This document shows positions 41,662 through 54,626 of a stretch of 64,000 nucleotides of DNA, one piece after another. Under the pieces are notes generated by a model. That model was not told the origin of the DNA. It saw only the letters and a program-made list of their open reading frames with translations, and did no database searches. The DNA is from Patescibacteria group bacterium. Lineage in GTDB: Bacteria; Patescibacteriota; Microgenomatia; JAMCYU01. The position numbers and the translations under genes were made by a program. Within the stretch, counting starts at the first letter, position 1, and the number at the start of each line of letters is the position of its first letter. The stretch lies in NCBI GenBank assembly GCA_023473585.1, contig JAMCYU010000004.1, positions 1,682-65,681 of the forward strand. Reading direction: 5' to 3'.

Positions 41662-43170
41662 ATGGATATTAAGATTAAAGACATTTCTACTCAAATTGCC
41701 CAGGAAATTGACAGGGTTAAACAAGAAACCCAGTTTGTTTCCACGGGAAAAATTTTAAAATTAAGCGACGGCGTGGCTTTTATTTCCGGCCTTTCGGATG
41801 TAGCCTCAAGCGAGCTTTTATCATTTCCGGGAAAAATTTTAGGCGTCGCTTTAAATCTTGAAGAGGATAAGGTCGGAGCGATTATTTTAGGGGATTATTT
41901 ATCTTTAAAAGAAGGGGACGAGGTCCAAGCTACCGGACGGCTTCTTTCCATTCCGGTAAGTAAAGAGATTATCGGGCGTGTCGTCAACCCCCTGGGCATG
42001 GTTTTGGACGGGAAACCGGAAATAAAGAAAGACAAATACTACCCGATTGAAAAAATTGCTCCCGGAGTAACCTTACGGCAGCCGGTGGATACACCGGTCC
42101 AGACAGGAATTAAAGCGATTGACAGCATGATTCCCATTGGTCGAGGACAACGGGAATTGATTATCGGCGACCGGGGGACGGGAAAAACGGCGATTGCCCT
42201 GGATACGATTATTAACCAAAAGGATAAAGATCTTATTTGTATTTACGTGGCCATTGGTCAAAAGGCTTCAAAAGTTGCTCAGGTTATTGATCTTTTGGAA
42301 AGATATGGCGCTATGTCGCACACGATTATTGTTTCCGCCAGTGCTTCGGATCCGGTTTCCTTACAATATCTGGCGCCCTACGCCGGCTGTGCTATCGGTG
42401 AATTCTTCATGGATCAAGGAAAGGATGCCATTGTTTTTTTTGATGACCTTTCCAAACACGCTTGGGCCTATCGGCAGATTTCTTTGGTTCTAAGGCGGCC
42501 GTCAGGTCGTGAAGCCTACCCGGGTGATATTTTTTATGTCCACTCCCGCTTATTGGAGCGGGCCTGTCGTTTATCAGAAGAAGAAGGCGGCGGGAGTTTA
42601 ACCGCTCTGCCGATTATTGAAACCCAGGCCGGCGATATTTCCGCTTATATTCCGACGAACGTCATTTCGATTACCGACGGGCAAATTTACCTGGAGCCTG
42701 ATTTGTTTTACGCCGGGGTCAGACCGGCCGTCAATATCGGCCTATCAGTTTCGCGTGTCGGTGGGGCCGCTCAAGTTAAGGCGATGAAACAGGTTGCCGG
42801 CAAACTAAGAATGGATCTGGCTCAATATAGAGATTTGGCGACTTTTGCTCAGTTTGCCACTGATCTTGACGCGGCAACCAGATCGCAGCTTGATCGGGGA
42901 ATAAGGATGACTGAAGTTTTGAAGCAGCCGCAGTTTTTACCGGTCAAACTCTCCGACCAGGTCCTCATTATTTGGGCCGGAACAAACGGCTTTCTTGATG
43001 ATCTGCCGGTTGAAAAAATTAAGGAATTTGAAGAAAAATATCTTGACTACATGAAAAAACATCACGCAAAAATTATTGAAGAAATAGACAAAGAGAAACA
43101 ACTAAGCAATGAGTCCGTAGAAAAAATGAAAAAGATTATTGAGGAGTTTAAAACTAAATTTTTTAAATAA
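41662..43170 (+). CDS. atpA: ATP synthase subunit alpha
   Basis: [15 protein letters not shown]. Confidence 0.97.
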   Translation: MDIKIKDISTQIAQEIDRVKQETQFVSTGKILKLSDGVAFISGLSDVASSELLSFPGKILGVALNLEEDKVGAIILGDYLSLKEGDEVQATGRLLSIPVSKEIIGRVVNPLGMVLDGKPEIKKDKYYPIEKIAPGVTLRQPVDTPVQTGIKAIDSMIPIGRGQRELIIGDRGTGKTAIALDTIINQKDKDLICIYVAIGQKASKVAQVIDLLERYGAMSHTIIVSASASDPVSLQYLAPYAGCAIGEFFMDQGKDAIVFFDDLSKHAWAYRQISLVLRRPSGREAYPGDIFYVHSRLLERACRLSEEEGGGSLTALPIIETQAGDISAYIPTNVISITDGQIYLEPDLFYAGVRPAVNIGLSVSRVGGAAQVKAMKQVAGKLRMDLAQYRDLATFAQFATDLDAATRSQLDRGIRMTEVLKQPQFLPVKLSDQVLIIWAGTNGFLDDLPVEKIKEFEEKYLDYMKKHHAKIIEEIDKEKQLSNESVEKMKKIIEEFKTKFFK

Positions 43171-45820
<2,650 letters not shown>

Positions 45821-45855
45821 ATACTTTCATTAACCGCCCCCACCAAATCTTCCCC

Positions 45856-45916
45856 TTGACAAGGGTTGGAATAATCTCCTATACTTAAATCCCAGAGCCA
45901 CCGCTCTGGTTTTTTT
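45856..45916 (+). promoter_or_regulatory. sigma70 promoter followed immediately by a hairpin and T7
   Basis: TTGACA-18-TATACT; CCAGAGC-CACC-GCTCTGG-TTTTTTT. Confidence 0.7.
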
Positions 45917-45921
45917 AATAT

Positions 45922-47544
45922 ATGGAACAACAACATTACGTTAAGGTTTCTTCGTATGAAGGAAGAAAAGGAGAGGTTCGGAGAGTTATTCTTCTTTATT
46001 CCGGTGGATTAGATACCTCGGTCATGCTTAGGTGGATTCAAAATGAATATAAAGCCAAAGTAATTGCCTTAACCATTGATATTGGTCAGCAAACTGATAA
46101 TCTGGAAGAAATCAAAAAGAAAGCCCTAAAGCTTGGAGCTATTAAAGCTTATATTATTGACGCCAAAAATGAATTTGCCGACGATTATATCTCTAAAGGA
46201 ATTAAAGCTAACGCTCATTATCAGGGCAAGTATTATTTGAGTACGCCTTTAGGCAGGCCGCTTTTAGCTAAGTGGGCGGTGCAAATTGCTCAACAAGAGG
46301 AGGCCGATTGTTTTGCTCATGGTTGTACCGGAAAAGGGAATGATCAAGTAAGACTTGAAGGAACAGCTTTAACCTTAAATCCTGACATAAAAATTATTGC
46401 TCCGGTGCGAGAATGGAGTATGGGAAGAGACGAAGAGTTGATTTACGCCAAAAAGCATGGAATTCAGGTTAAACAAACCGTAGCCCGTCCTTATTCTTAT
46501 GATGACAATATGTGGGGAGTAACTGGAGAGTCGGGTGAGATAGAAAATCCGGCTCTTATCCCTCCTCTGGAGAAAATTTTGCAAGTTTGCCAACTTCCTG
46601 AAAAAGCTCCTAACCAACCAGAATTTATTAGCCTTGAATTTGTTAAGGGTTTACCGGTTGCACTTAATGGGGAAAATTATAAACTTGTCGATTTAATTAT
46701 CAAACTCAACAAAATTGGAGCAAAACACGGAGTAGGAATTACCCATCATCTTGAAGACAGAGTGGTAGGACTCAAGGTAAGAGGAATTTACGAGGCGCCG
46801 GCGGCTGAGATAATTATTACTGCTCATTGGAGTTTGGAAAAATATGTTTCCAGCAGAACGGAGAATGAGTTCAAGGAAATTATTGATGAACGCTGGGGAT
46901 ATCTTTGTTATGGAGGATTATGGTATGAACCGTTGATGGAAGACTTAAATGCCTATATTGATAAGGTTAACGAAAAAGTAACAGGAAAAGTGACACTGAA
47001 ACTATATAAAGGGACGGCTATTGTGGTTGCTCTAGAAACTCCCAACACCATTTTTGATGAAAAATTAGCGACCTTCATGAAGTCGGCGGCTTTTAATCAA
47101 AATGCTAGTTCGGGCTTTATTGAAATTTATACTTTACAAATGAGACTAGCTCAACAGGCAGAAAAAACGGCCCTTCTGGCTATTGGAGAAATGATTGATA
47201 AAAAGCGACTTTCGCCAGCGGCGCAAAAACTCACAGAATTAAAATATAAACTTTACGCTACTCCGAAAACTCACTTTTTCCTTAAAGAGATTGGAATTCC
47301 CAGTATTATGGTTTACAAGATCAGTCAAAAAGGAGAGCCTAATCTTTTAGACCAGTTGGTGCAAAAGAGATTCGACTTAATTATTAATATTCCGCATGGT
47401 GGCAAAGTTAAAAAAGAAATGACCGACGGTAAAATCATTCGTCAAAAAGCGATTGAGACCGGAACGACCTTAATTACAGAATCCGAAGTAGCCGAACATC
47501 TGGTTGAAAAACTTTATCACGCGAAATTCGGTAAAAAACAATGA
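45922..47544 (+). CDS. argG: Argininosuccinate synthase fused to a C-terminal MGS (CarB-like) domain
   Basis: YSGGLDTS, HGCTGKGNDQVR; C-terminal YATPKT, DLIINIP and DG..IR. Confidence 0.9.
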   Translation: MEQQHYVKVSSYEGRKGEVRRVILLYSGGLDTSVMLRWIQNEYKAKVIALTIDIGQQTDNLEEIKKKALKLGAIKAYIIDAKNEFADDYISKGIKANAHYQGKYYLSTPLGRPLLAKWAVQIAQQEEADCFAHGCTGKGNDQVRLEGTALTLNPDIKIIAPVREWSMGRDEELIYAKKHGIQVKQTVARPYSYDDNMWGVTGESGEIENPALIPPLEKILQVCQLPEKAPNQPEFISLEFVKGLPVALNGENYKLVDLIIKLNKIGAKHGVGITHHLEDRVVGLKVRGIYEAPAAEIIITAHWSLEKYVSSRTENEFKEIIDERWGYLCYGGLWYEPLMEDLNAYIDKVNEKVTGKVTLKLYKGTAIVVALETPNTIFDEKLATFMKSAAFNQNASSGFIEIYTLQMRLAQQAEKTALLAIGEMIDKKRLSPAAQKLTELKYKLYATPKTHFFLKEIGIPSIMVYKISQKGEPNLLDQLVQKRFDLIINIPHGGKVKKEMTDGKIIRQKAIETGTTLITESEVAEHLVEKLYHAKFGKKQ

Positions 47545-48965
47545 AGTCGATTTTAATTAAAAACGCTGATTATTTGGTGACGATGGATAAAGACCGGCAT
47601 GTTTTAAGAAACAGTTCGGTTTACATTGAGCCTCCAAAGATTGTTAAAATTGGTGGTCTTGGACAAAAAGCCGACAGGATAATTGATGCTAAAGGAAAAA
47701 TCGTTTTCCCTGGTTTTATTAATACCCACCTTCACACGCCGCAAGTTTTTCATCGACATTGTCCGGCACAACAAAACAAACCGATCGACCAATGGATACA
47801 AATTACCACTTCGATTAACAGAGAAATTGATGAAGAGTCTATGTATTTGGGGGCACTTATTTGCTTTGCTGAATTGATATATTCAGGTGTAACGACTACT
47901 TCCGATTATTTTTACCCTTATCCAAAGGGGAAAGAAAAAATTAACGAATCAACAATTAAAGCAGCCCAAAAAATTGGCTTACGCTTTACCAGTATTAGGG
48001 GAAGCATGACCTTGAGTCGTAAAGATGGTGCTCATTATCCTGACGATGTGGTTGAAACTAGCGAAGAAATTGTCGAGAGAAGCCAGCGGTTTATTGAAAA
48101 ATATCATGATAATTCGCCTTTTTCGATGATACGAATTGGTATTGGTCCATGTCTTCCTTTTGCCAGTACCCAAAAAGATTTCCAAAATGCCGCCGCCTTA
48201 GCAAGAAAATATCGAGGAGTAATTCTACAGACACATGCCGCAGAGTCTTTATGGGAAGCCGAATACACTCGAGAAAAATTTGGCGTTTCACCAATTGGCT
48301 TAATGGAAAAAACGGGTTTTTTAGGGAAAGACGTTGGTTTAGCACACTGTAACGTTTGTAATGATTCCGAAATAGATTTGCTTGCCGAAACGAGGACCAA
48401 CGTTATTATTACGCCGGTCTGTAATACTCGTGATGCCGCTGATGGAAATTTAATTGCCCCGATAAATAAACTACTGGCAAAAAAAATAAATATTTCTATT
48501 GGAACCGATGGGCCAGCCAGTAATGACTCAATGAACTTTTTAGAAGAGATGCGTTATTTACGGGTTGTTTCGATGGGGAAGCTTGGTTTGGATTATCTTT
48601 CTCCTTCAAAAGTTTTTGATATAGGGACTTTAGGAGGAGCTAAAACGCTCAATAGGCAAGACATTGGTTCAATAGAAGAGGGGAAAGCGGCCGATTTAGT
48701 AGTTTTTAATCCCGAAGATGAATTAAACCATGCTGGGGCAATCAATAAATGGGGGGCCCTAATCTCTTGTCAAGCAATTAAACCAGAATATGTAATAATT
48801 AACGGGCAAGTAATCGTTGATAAAAAAGAACTCATAACCTTAAATTTAAACACGGCCCTAAAAAAATTCCAAAAGCGACATCACGTGGTGATAAAAAGGG
48901 CTCAACAAAAATTAGCATGGAATTTAAACGAATATTCTTTTTGGGAGCGTTCAATTTGGAGTTGA
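47541..48965 (+). CDS. Amidohydrolase, nucleobase-deaminase family
   Basis: PGFINTHLH, QTHAAE, LAH, GTDG..SN, ADL. Confidence 0.85.
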   Translation: MKSILIKNADYLVTMDKDRHVLRNSSVYIEPPKIVKIGGLGQKADRIIDAKGKIVFPGFINTHLHTPQVFHRHCPAQQNKPIDQWIQITTSINREIDEESMYLGALICFAELIYSGVTTTSDYFYPYPKGKEKINESTIKAAQKIGLRFTSIRGSMTLSRKDGAHYPDDVVETSEEIVERSQRFIEKYHDNSPFSMIRIGIGPCLPFASTQKDFQNAAALARKYRGVILQTHAAESLWEAEYTREKFGVSPIGLMEKTGFLGKDVGLAHCNVCNDSEIDLLAETRTNVIITPVCNTRDAADGNLIAPINKLLAKKINISIGTDGPASNDSMNFLEEMRYLRVVSMGKLGLDYLSPSKVFDIGTLGGAKTLNRQDIGSIEEGKAADLVVFNPEDELNHAGAINKWGALISCQAIKPEYVIINGQVIVDKKELITLNLNTALKKFQKRHHVVIKRAQQKLAWNLNEYSFWERSIWS

Positions 48966-48967
48966 AG

Positions 48968-50131
48968 ATGATGAAATCTAAAGACAGATCAGGACCTACA
49001 CCTCCCGCTACCGATCATATGGAATTCACGATCACTGATCAATGTGGATTAATTGCTGCTGGAAAGGCCTGTCCCGGTTGTACTGCCATTAACGTTCAGA
49101 ATCGAGGACAAAGAGAACCACAAATGGATGCCTCTAAAATTATTTCCACCTTGGAAAAAGACGCAGCCAATGGCGTTAATTTATTTACCCTTCAAGGTGG
49201 GGAGCCGCTAACCGTTAAGGGTATTCATCAAATTCTGCGCTATTTATCCCAATCACCCAAAATTGATGCGTTAGTTTACACCTCGTCATATGGTTTAATT
49301 ACCAAAGAAGGTAAATTTACGGATTCATTTTTTAAACTTAAAGCGGCTGGTTTTTTGAAGCTTTATCTTTTGGCTAGTGTTGACAAATTAATTCTGAAAG
49401 AGACTGATATTATCAGAAACGACGGTAGTGCTTTTAAATCATTTTATGGACTTAAATTAATGGAGGCTTTGGCTAAAGAAGGATATCGTGATATCGGCAT
49501 TCATCAAACATTAAGATCGGACAATTTAAAATATTCGCTTGATCTTTATAAATGGGCTAGTGAAAGAAATCTTTTATATTCTTGTTGTCCATTAGTTTGG
49601 AAGCCTTATACCAGTAGAAAAAGAAATAAGATTCCTTTGGAAAATTTTTCCAACAGGTTGACTAATAAAAATAAACCTAAATTACGGAAAATTATCAATT
49701 ACCTGGTAGAGACAGAAACAAAAAGATTGAAAAAGGGATTGCCAAGAACCATTGTTCCTTCTTCGGCATTCTTAAGGCTGATTCCGGAATTTGCCCCTAA
49801 TAATCTTATAAGTTGCAGAGAATACAGAAACATGATTAGGCCATTGATGGGACGGGATATTGCGCCGGATGGCAAGGAAAGGTGGTGCGCCGCCCAAGAC
49901 ACCTATCAAGATGCTTTAGTCTGTCAGGGTTGCCATTATATTTGTCTTGATAGAGGGACTCCAGGTGAATATTGGAATTTTGAGCATTTGGCAGGAAGAT
50001 TGAAAGCAGAAGATATTCGTTGGCAGAACTATATTGTTTCAAGAAAAGTACCCGGTTTTGATCAATCTAGAAGAAATCTAATCTTTTATCAAAAATCGCC
50101 CACAGAAGAAAAAGATTTTTTCCAAGCTTAA
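48968..50131 (+). CDS. Radical SAM-like protein with atypical CX8CX2C motif
   Basis: CGLIAAGKACPGC, QGGEPL, C-terminal Cys cluster. Confidence 0.7.
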   Translation: MMKSKDRSGPTPPATDHMEFTITDQCGLIAAGKACPGCTAINVQNRGQREPQMDASKIISTLEKDAANGVNLFTLQGGEPLTVKGIHQILRYLSQSPKIDALVYTSSYGLITKEGKFTDSFFKLKAAGFLKLYLLASVDKLILKETDIIRNDGSAFKSFYGLKLMEALAKEGYRDIGIHQTLRSDNLKYSLDLYKWASERNLLYSCCPLVWKPYTSRKRNKIPLENFSNRLTNKNKPKLRKIINYLVETETKRLKKGLPRTIVPSSAFLRLIPEFAPNNLISCREYRNMIRPLMGRDIAPDGKERWCAAQDTYQDALVCQGCHYICLDRGTPGEYWNFEHLAGRLKAEDIRWQNYIVSRKVPGFDQSRRNLIFYQKSPTEEKDFFQA

Positions 50132-50152
50132 TTTAATAAGGAGGTAACGCGT

Positions 50153-50989
50153 ATGTCTAAAATCGATCGCTTAAATAAGCAGCCTTCACGGGAAGACGTT
50201 CTTCCTTATATCTGGTTATTGCCAGAAAGAAATGATGTTTTTTCACCCATGCAAATTAACGTTATCCTGGCTTCCTTAACAAGGCTTAGGGATAAAAATA
50301 CCGATGTTAGCACCTTCAGACATCATGTTGGTCATTTGACCGATTATCTTCTTCAGGCGATGCTCAAATTAAAAATCATCAAGACAAAAATAATAACTCC
50401 GCTTATGAAAAAAACTGAAGGTTGGGAGTTTGAGGCGCCGGTAGTCATATTTTTTATTAACCGCGCGGGCTTAACCATGGGTTTATCGGCGGCTAGAGAT
50501 TTACCCTACGGTACTCCAATCGGAGAATTTGACGTTCATCGAGATGAAAAAAATCTTGAGGGAATTTTGGAAGATTATAATCTTCCTCCGGATATTTCCG
50601 GGAAAACGGTTTTAATCCTTGATCCCATGAATGCTGCCGGTGGTTCAATTGAGTGTGTCTGGCAAGTAATCAAAAAAGAATATCTGGAAAAAAGGAAGCA
50701 AAAAATCGCCGGTGTTAAAATAGGCAACCTTATTTCGGCTCCATTAGGAGTGGCGGAGTTAAAAAGAATTATTCCCGAAGCGGAAATTTTTACCGTTTCT
50801 TTAGATGAATATTTAACTCAACCGGGAGAAACAAAATTTCCTCCGGGCTACATTATTCCCGGTTTAGGTGATGCCGGTGACCGTCAATTTGGTCATGGAC
50901 GTTCGGAGCTTTTTTTAGGTGCCCAAAAAATGCTTGATAGTTTTGTTAACTTTAAAGATCCCTCCAGAATTAGATTGATAAGGAAATAG
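50153..50989 (+). CDS. upp: Uracil phosphoribosyltransferase
   Basis: LRDK.T...FR, RAG, LDPM.A.GGS, YIIPGLGDAGDR. Confidence 0.9.
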   Translation: MSKIDRLNKQPSREDVLPYIWLLPERNDVFSPMQINVILASLTRLRDKNTDVSTFRHHVGHLTDYLLQAMLKLKIIKTKIITPLMKKTEGWEFEAPVVIFFINRAGLTMGLSAARDLPYGTPIGEFDVHRDEKNLEGILEDYNLPPDISGKTVLILDPMNAAGGSIECVWQVIKKEYLEKRKQKIAGVKIGNLISAPLGVAELKRIIPEAEIFTVSLDEYLTQPGETKFPPGYIIPGLGDAGDRQFGHGRSELFLGAQKMLDSFVNFKDPSRIRLIRK

Positions 50990-51012
50990 CTTTTTGCTAA
51001 TTTAAATCGAAT

Positions 51013-52635
51013 ATGACAAAATTCATCTTTATTTCCGGCGGGGTTATTTCCGGTGTCGGCAAGGGCGTGACAACGGCCTCAATCGCCCTTCTTCTTAAAT
51101 CCGCCGGTTTAAAAGTTTCGCCGATTAAAATCGACATGTATTTAAACATTGACGCCGGAACGATCAGGCCCCAGGAGCACGGCGAAATTTTTGTGACTGA
51201 CGATGGCCTGGAAACAGACGAAGACATCGGTCACTACGAACGCTTTCTTAATGAATCGCTGAATCGGACCCATTATATTACGACAGGCCAGATCTACCAG
51301 GAAGTTATACGCAAAGAAAGGGCTTTTGAGTATAAAGGCGAAGACGTTGAGGCGATACCTCATGTGACGGACGAGATTATCAGAAGAATTAAAGTTTGCG
51401 GCGAAAAAAACAAAGCCGATGTGGTTTTGATTGAGTTAGGAGGAACAGTCGGCGAATATCAAAACTCCATTTTCTTCGAGGCCAACCGAATCATGAAGCT
51501 CAAAAACCCCAATGACGTTTTTCACCTTCACGTTGCTTATCTACCGCTTTTAGCTTCGGTGGGAGAGTTAAAATCAAAACCAGTTCAGACGTCAGTTCAT
51601 ATTCTAAATTCCCTAGGCATCCAGCCTGATTTTTTAGTTGCCCGTTCCGAGAAGAAAATTGACAAGAAAAGACTGGAAAGACTGGCGCTGTTTTGTAATT
51701 TAAATGAAGAAGAGATTATTGACAACCCAGATTTTAAAAGTATCTACGAGGTGCCCCTAAACTTTGAAAGACAAAATTTCAGCCGAAAGATTCTTGCCAA
51801 ATTCGGAATTAAGAACAGAAAAGCTAATTTAAATGACTGGTGTCTCATGACCAATAAAATAGAAAATTCTCCTAAGGAAGTTAAGATTGCTTTGGTAGGT
51901 AAATATTTTATAACCGGCGATTATTTTTTAATGGATGCTTATGTTTCCGTGGTTGAAGCCTTAAAACATGCCGGCGCTTATTTGGGGGTGAAGCCTCTTA
52001 TTTCCTGGCTGGACAGCGAAGAGATCGAAAAAAAGGGGTCAGATATTTTAAAGAAATTTGACGCCATTTTGGTGCCTCAAGGATGGGGGAGTCGGGGAAT
52101 TGAGGGGAAAATTGAAGCGGTCAAATTTGCCAGAGAAAATAAAGTCCCCTATCTTGGGCTTTGTTTCGGGATGCAGATGGCGGTTGTGGAATTTGCCCGC
52201 AATGTCTGTCACTTAAAAGACGCCAATACCGGTGAGGCGGGCATAAAAACCGCAAACGAGGTTATTCATATTATGCCGGAACAAGAGGCCTATCTTCAAA
52301 AAAAACAATACGGCGGAACGATAAGGTTAGGTTCTTGGCCCTGCCAATTAGTCAAGGGTACGAAAACCGCTTTTTATTACGAAAAAGAAGCCAGAGATGG
52401 ACAAGTTTACGAACGGCATCGTCATCGTTATGAGTTTAACAATAAATATCGCGGGCTTATGGAGAAAAACGGCTTGATTATTGCCGGTTTGTCTCCTGAC
52501 GGGAAATTGGTTGAAGCCATCGAACTTGGCCTACATCCTTTTTTTATCGGGACGCAATTTCATCCGGAATATAAAAGCCGGCCTCTTTCGCCGCACCCTC
52601 TTTTTTTAGGTCTTTTAAAAGCGGCAGCTAAATGA
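51013..52635 (+). CDS. pyrG: CTP synthase
   Basis: GGVISGVGKG, QEHGE, CFGMQ, ERHRHRYE, FHPE. Confidence 0.97.
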   Translation: MTKFIFISGGVISGVGKGVTTASIALLLKSAGLKVSPIKIDMYLNIDAGTIRPQEHGEIFVTDDGLETDEDIGHYERFLNESLNRTHYITTGQIYQEVIRKERAFEYKGEDVEAIPHVTDEIIRRIKVCGEKNKADVVLIELGGTVGEYQNSIFFEANRIMKLKNPNDVFHLHVAYLPLLASVGELKSKPVQTSVHILNSLGIQPDFLVARSEKKIDKKRLERLALFCNLNEEEIIDNPDFKSIYEVPLNFERQNFSRKILAKFGIKNRKANLNDWCLMTNKIENSPKEVKIALVGKYFITGDYFLMDAYVSVVEALKHAGAYLGVKPLISWLDSEEIEKKGSDILKKFDAILVPQGWGSRGIEGKIEAVKFARENKVPYLGLCFGMQMAVVEFARNVCHLKDANTGEAGIKTANEVIHIMPEQEAYLQKKQYGGTIRLGSWPCQLVKGTKTAFYYEKEARDGQVYERHRHRYEFNNKYRGLMEKNGLIIAGLSPDGKLVEAIELGLHPFFIGTQFHPEYKSRPLSPHPLFLGLLKAAAK

Positions 52636-52676
52636 ATGGCTTGTTTTAACTAGATTTTTTTGGTAAAATACGTTCT

Positions 52677-53018
52677 ATGGCTAATTCCATGAAATTTCAA
52701 GAGACTTCTTTTGCCGTCGGCGATACGGTTAGAGTTGACTATAAAATCATCGAAAAGGAAAAAGTTTCCGGCGTTAAAAAACACGAGGAAAAAGAAGAGG
52801 TCAGAGAAAGAGTCCAGCCTTTTGAGGGCGTGGTTTTATCCGTTCGCGGTAGCGGTGAAAACGCCAGTTTTACGGTGAGAAAAATCGCGGTCGGCGGAAT
52901 TGGGGTCGAAAGAATTTTTCCTCTAAGTTCTCCCTGGATTAAGAAAATTACCGTTAAAAAACCCGGTCATTTTAGACGGGCAAAATTGTATTACTTAAGA
53001 GGCAGGAAAGAGCTTTAA
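52677..53018 (+). CDS. rplS: 50S ribosomal protein L19
   Basis: [19 protein letters not shown]. Confidence 0.96.
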   Translation: MANSMKFQETSFAVGDTVRVDYKIIEKEKVSGVKKHEEKEEVRERVQPFEGVVLSVRGSGENASFTVRKIAVGGIGVERIFPLSSPWIKKITVKKPGHFRRAKLYYLRGRKEL

Positions 53019-53030
53019 GAGATTTTTTGC

Positions 53031-53390
53031 ATGTTTATAAGTAACCTCGGAAAAAGAGGCGAAGACCAAGCCTGTCTTTATCTTCAAAAAAATGGCTATA
53101 AAATTCTCCAGAGAAATTTCCGCAGCCGCCTTGGGGAAATCGACATTATCGCCCTTGAAGAGCAAACCGTTGTTTTTATTGAGGTCAAAACCAGGTTCAG
53201 CAAACAGTTTGGTCCGCCTGAAGAGGCGGTAACGCCCTGGAAAATCAGATCAATTATCAAAACGGCCCAATACTTTCAAATGCTTCATCCCAAACTGCCG
53301 GAAAGTTTAAGAATTGACGTGGTGGCCATCACCCTTGCCCCAAACGGCGAAACAAAGGAAATAAAATTAATTAAAAACGTGACTTCGTAA
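53031..53390 (+). CDS. YraN/UPF0102 family protein
   Basis: G..GE, GEIDII, FIEVKTR. Confidence 0.9.
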   Translation: MFISNLGKRGEDQACLYLQKNGYKILQRNFRSRLGEIDIIALEEQTVVFIEVKTRFSKQFGPPEEAVTPWKIRSIIKTAQYFQMLHPKLPESLRIDVVAITLAPNGETKEIKLIKNVTS

Positions 53391-53460
53391 AAATTCCGAG
53401 TTGCCTGAAGGCTGGCCTAGATGATATAATAAATTCCATAAATCACACATGGGTCGCTAG

Positions 53461-53531
53461 CTCAAACGAGAAAAAGAGTTAAAATCTTCAAGGGGAAGAA
53501 TTTTATTTATAAAACAGTTCTGGGCCCGTAG
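53461..53531 (+). pseudogene. GIY-YIG nuclease C-terminal remnant
   Basis: Translates LKREKELKSSRGR, like KKREYYLKSLKSR in 54708-54959. Confidence 0.65.
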
Positions 53532-53596
53532 CTCAATGGTAGAGCAGCAGCCTTTTAAGCTGTTTGTTGAGCGTTCGACTCGCTCCGGGCTCACCA
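53522..53596 (+). tRNA. tRNA-Lys(TTT)
   Basis: GGGCCCG/CGGGCTC acceptor; GCAGC-CTTTTAA-GCTGT; CCA encoded. Confidence 0.95.
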
Positions 53597-53891
53597 AGCT
53601 CAATGGTAGATCCGTCAGCTGACGGACTTTAAAGCTTTGGGTTCAGGGTTTCCTTCGACTTCGCTCAGGAGAAACGAATCCCTGGCGACTCACCAAGCTC
53701 AATGGCAAAAAAGAAAAACTATCTTCTTTTCCTTCCCTTCGTGAAAAAGTTGACAAGCTTCGTGAAAAAACTTAGCATAAAGATGGAAGCATAAAAATAC
53801 GAGCGTTGTCCGCCTCCGCTTTCGATAAGCGCTTCGGCAGGACTAAAAGAAGCTTTAAAACTCGCAAGCTCGTTAAAAGCTTCTAGAGGAG

Positions 53892-54563
53892 GTGAAAAAA
53901 ATGCAAGGATTAAGTCAGATTATTTCCAATATCATCACTTCATCGTTGTTCAAACTCGCGTCCTATTTTCCGCAGTTTTTAGGCGGCCTGATTGTTCTAG
54001 TGATTGGCTTAATCGTGGCGGCCATACTGCACCGCGTGGTTTTGGAATTTTTCAAGTTAGTCAAGGTTTCCGAATGGTTGGAAAAAGCCAAAGTTGCCAA
54101 AGCCGGTGACTTTAATGTTTGGCCGGGACTTTTAGCGGAACTGATTCGCTGGACAACGATCATTTTATTCCTGGTGCCGGCGGTTGAAGCTTGGGGAGTT
54201 CCCAGAGTGACGGAAGTTTTGAACAAACTTTTGTTCTATCTTCCCAATGTCTTTGTGGCTGTCGTTATCGGTCTTATCGGGATTGTTATTGCCAACTTAA
54301 CCTACGACGTTGTCCGACACGGAGCCAGGAATTTAGGGTCAACTTCGGCTAATGCCATCGGTGGTATTGCCCGTTATTCCATTTTAATTTTTACGGCCTT
54401 AATTGTTCTTAATCAATTGGGAGTGGCTTCAGTCTTGATTCAGACATTATTTACGGGCATTATCGCCATGTTGGCCTTGGCCGGAGGTTTGGCTTTTGGT
54501 TTGGGCGGACAGGAAACGGCGAAGGACGTTTTAAACGGTCTAAGACAGAAGCTGGAAAGATAA
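53892..54563 (+). CDS. TM-helix-repeat (CmpX/MscS N-terminal-like) membrane protein
   Basis: Two P...A.v.l.IG TM repeats; LAFGLGG. Confidence 0.8.
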   Translation: MKKMQGLSQIISNIITSSLFKLASYFPQFLGGLIVLVIGLIVAAILHRVVLEFFKLVKVSEWLEKAKVAKAGDFNVWPGLLAELIRWTTIILFLVPAVEAWGVPRVTEVLNKLLFYLPNVFVAVVIGLIGIVIANLTYDVVRHGARNLGSTSANAIGGIARYSILIFTALIVLNQLGVASVLIQTLFTGIIAMLALAGGLAFGLGGQETAKDVLNGLRQKLER

Positions 54564-54626
54564 GTAAAGGATTAGGCTTTTGTTGATATCTTAATCTTAA
54601 TTAAGGTATAATATTTGTTGTTATGC

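Larger units (their letters stand above)
53451..53695 (+). pseudogene. Split, degenerate tRNA (5' piece 53451-53465, remainder 53597-53695) surrounding tRNA-Lys
   Basis: GGGTCGC pairs with GCGACTC-ACCA; T stem CAGGG/CCCTG; hairpin insertions in D arm and T loop. Confidence 0.8.

Noticed and set aside
48968-50131. Viperin-like antiviral radical SAM
   Set aside because: Cys spacing and flanking motifs do not resemble viperin; only the nucleotide-gene context suggests it
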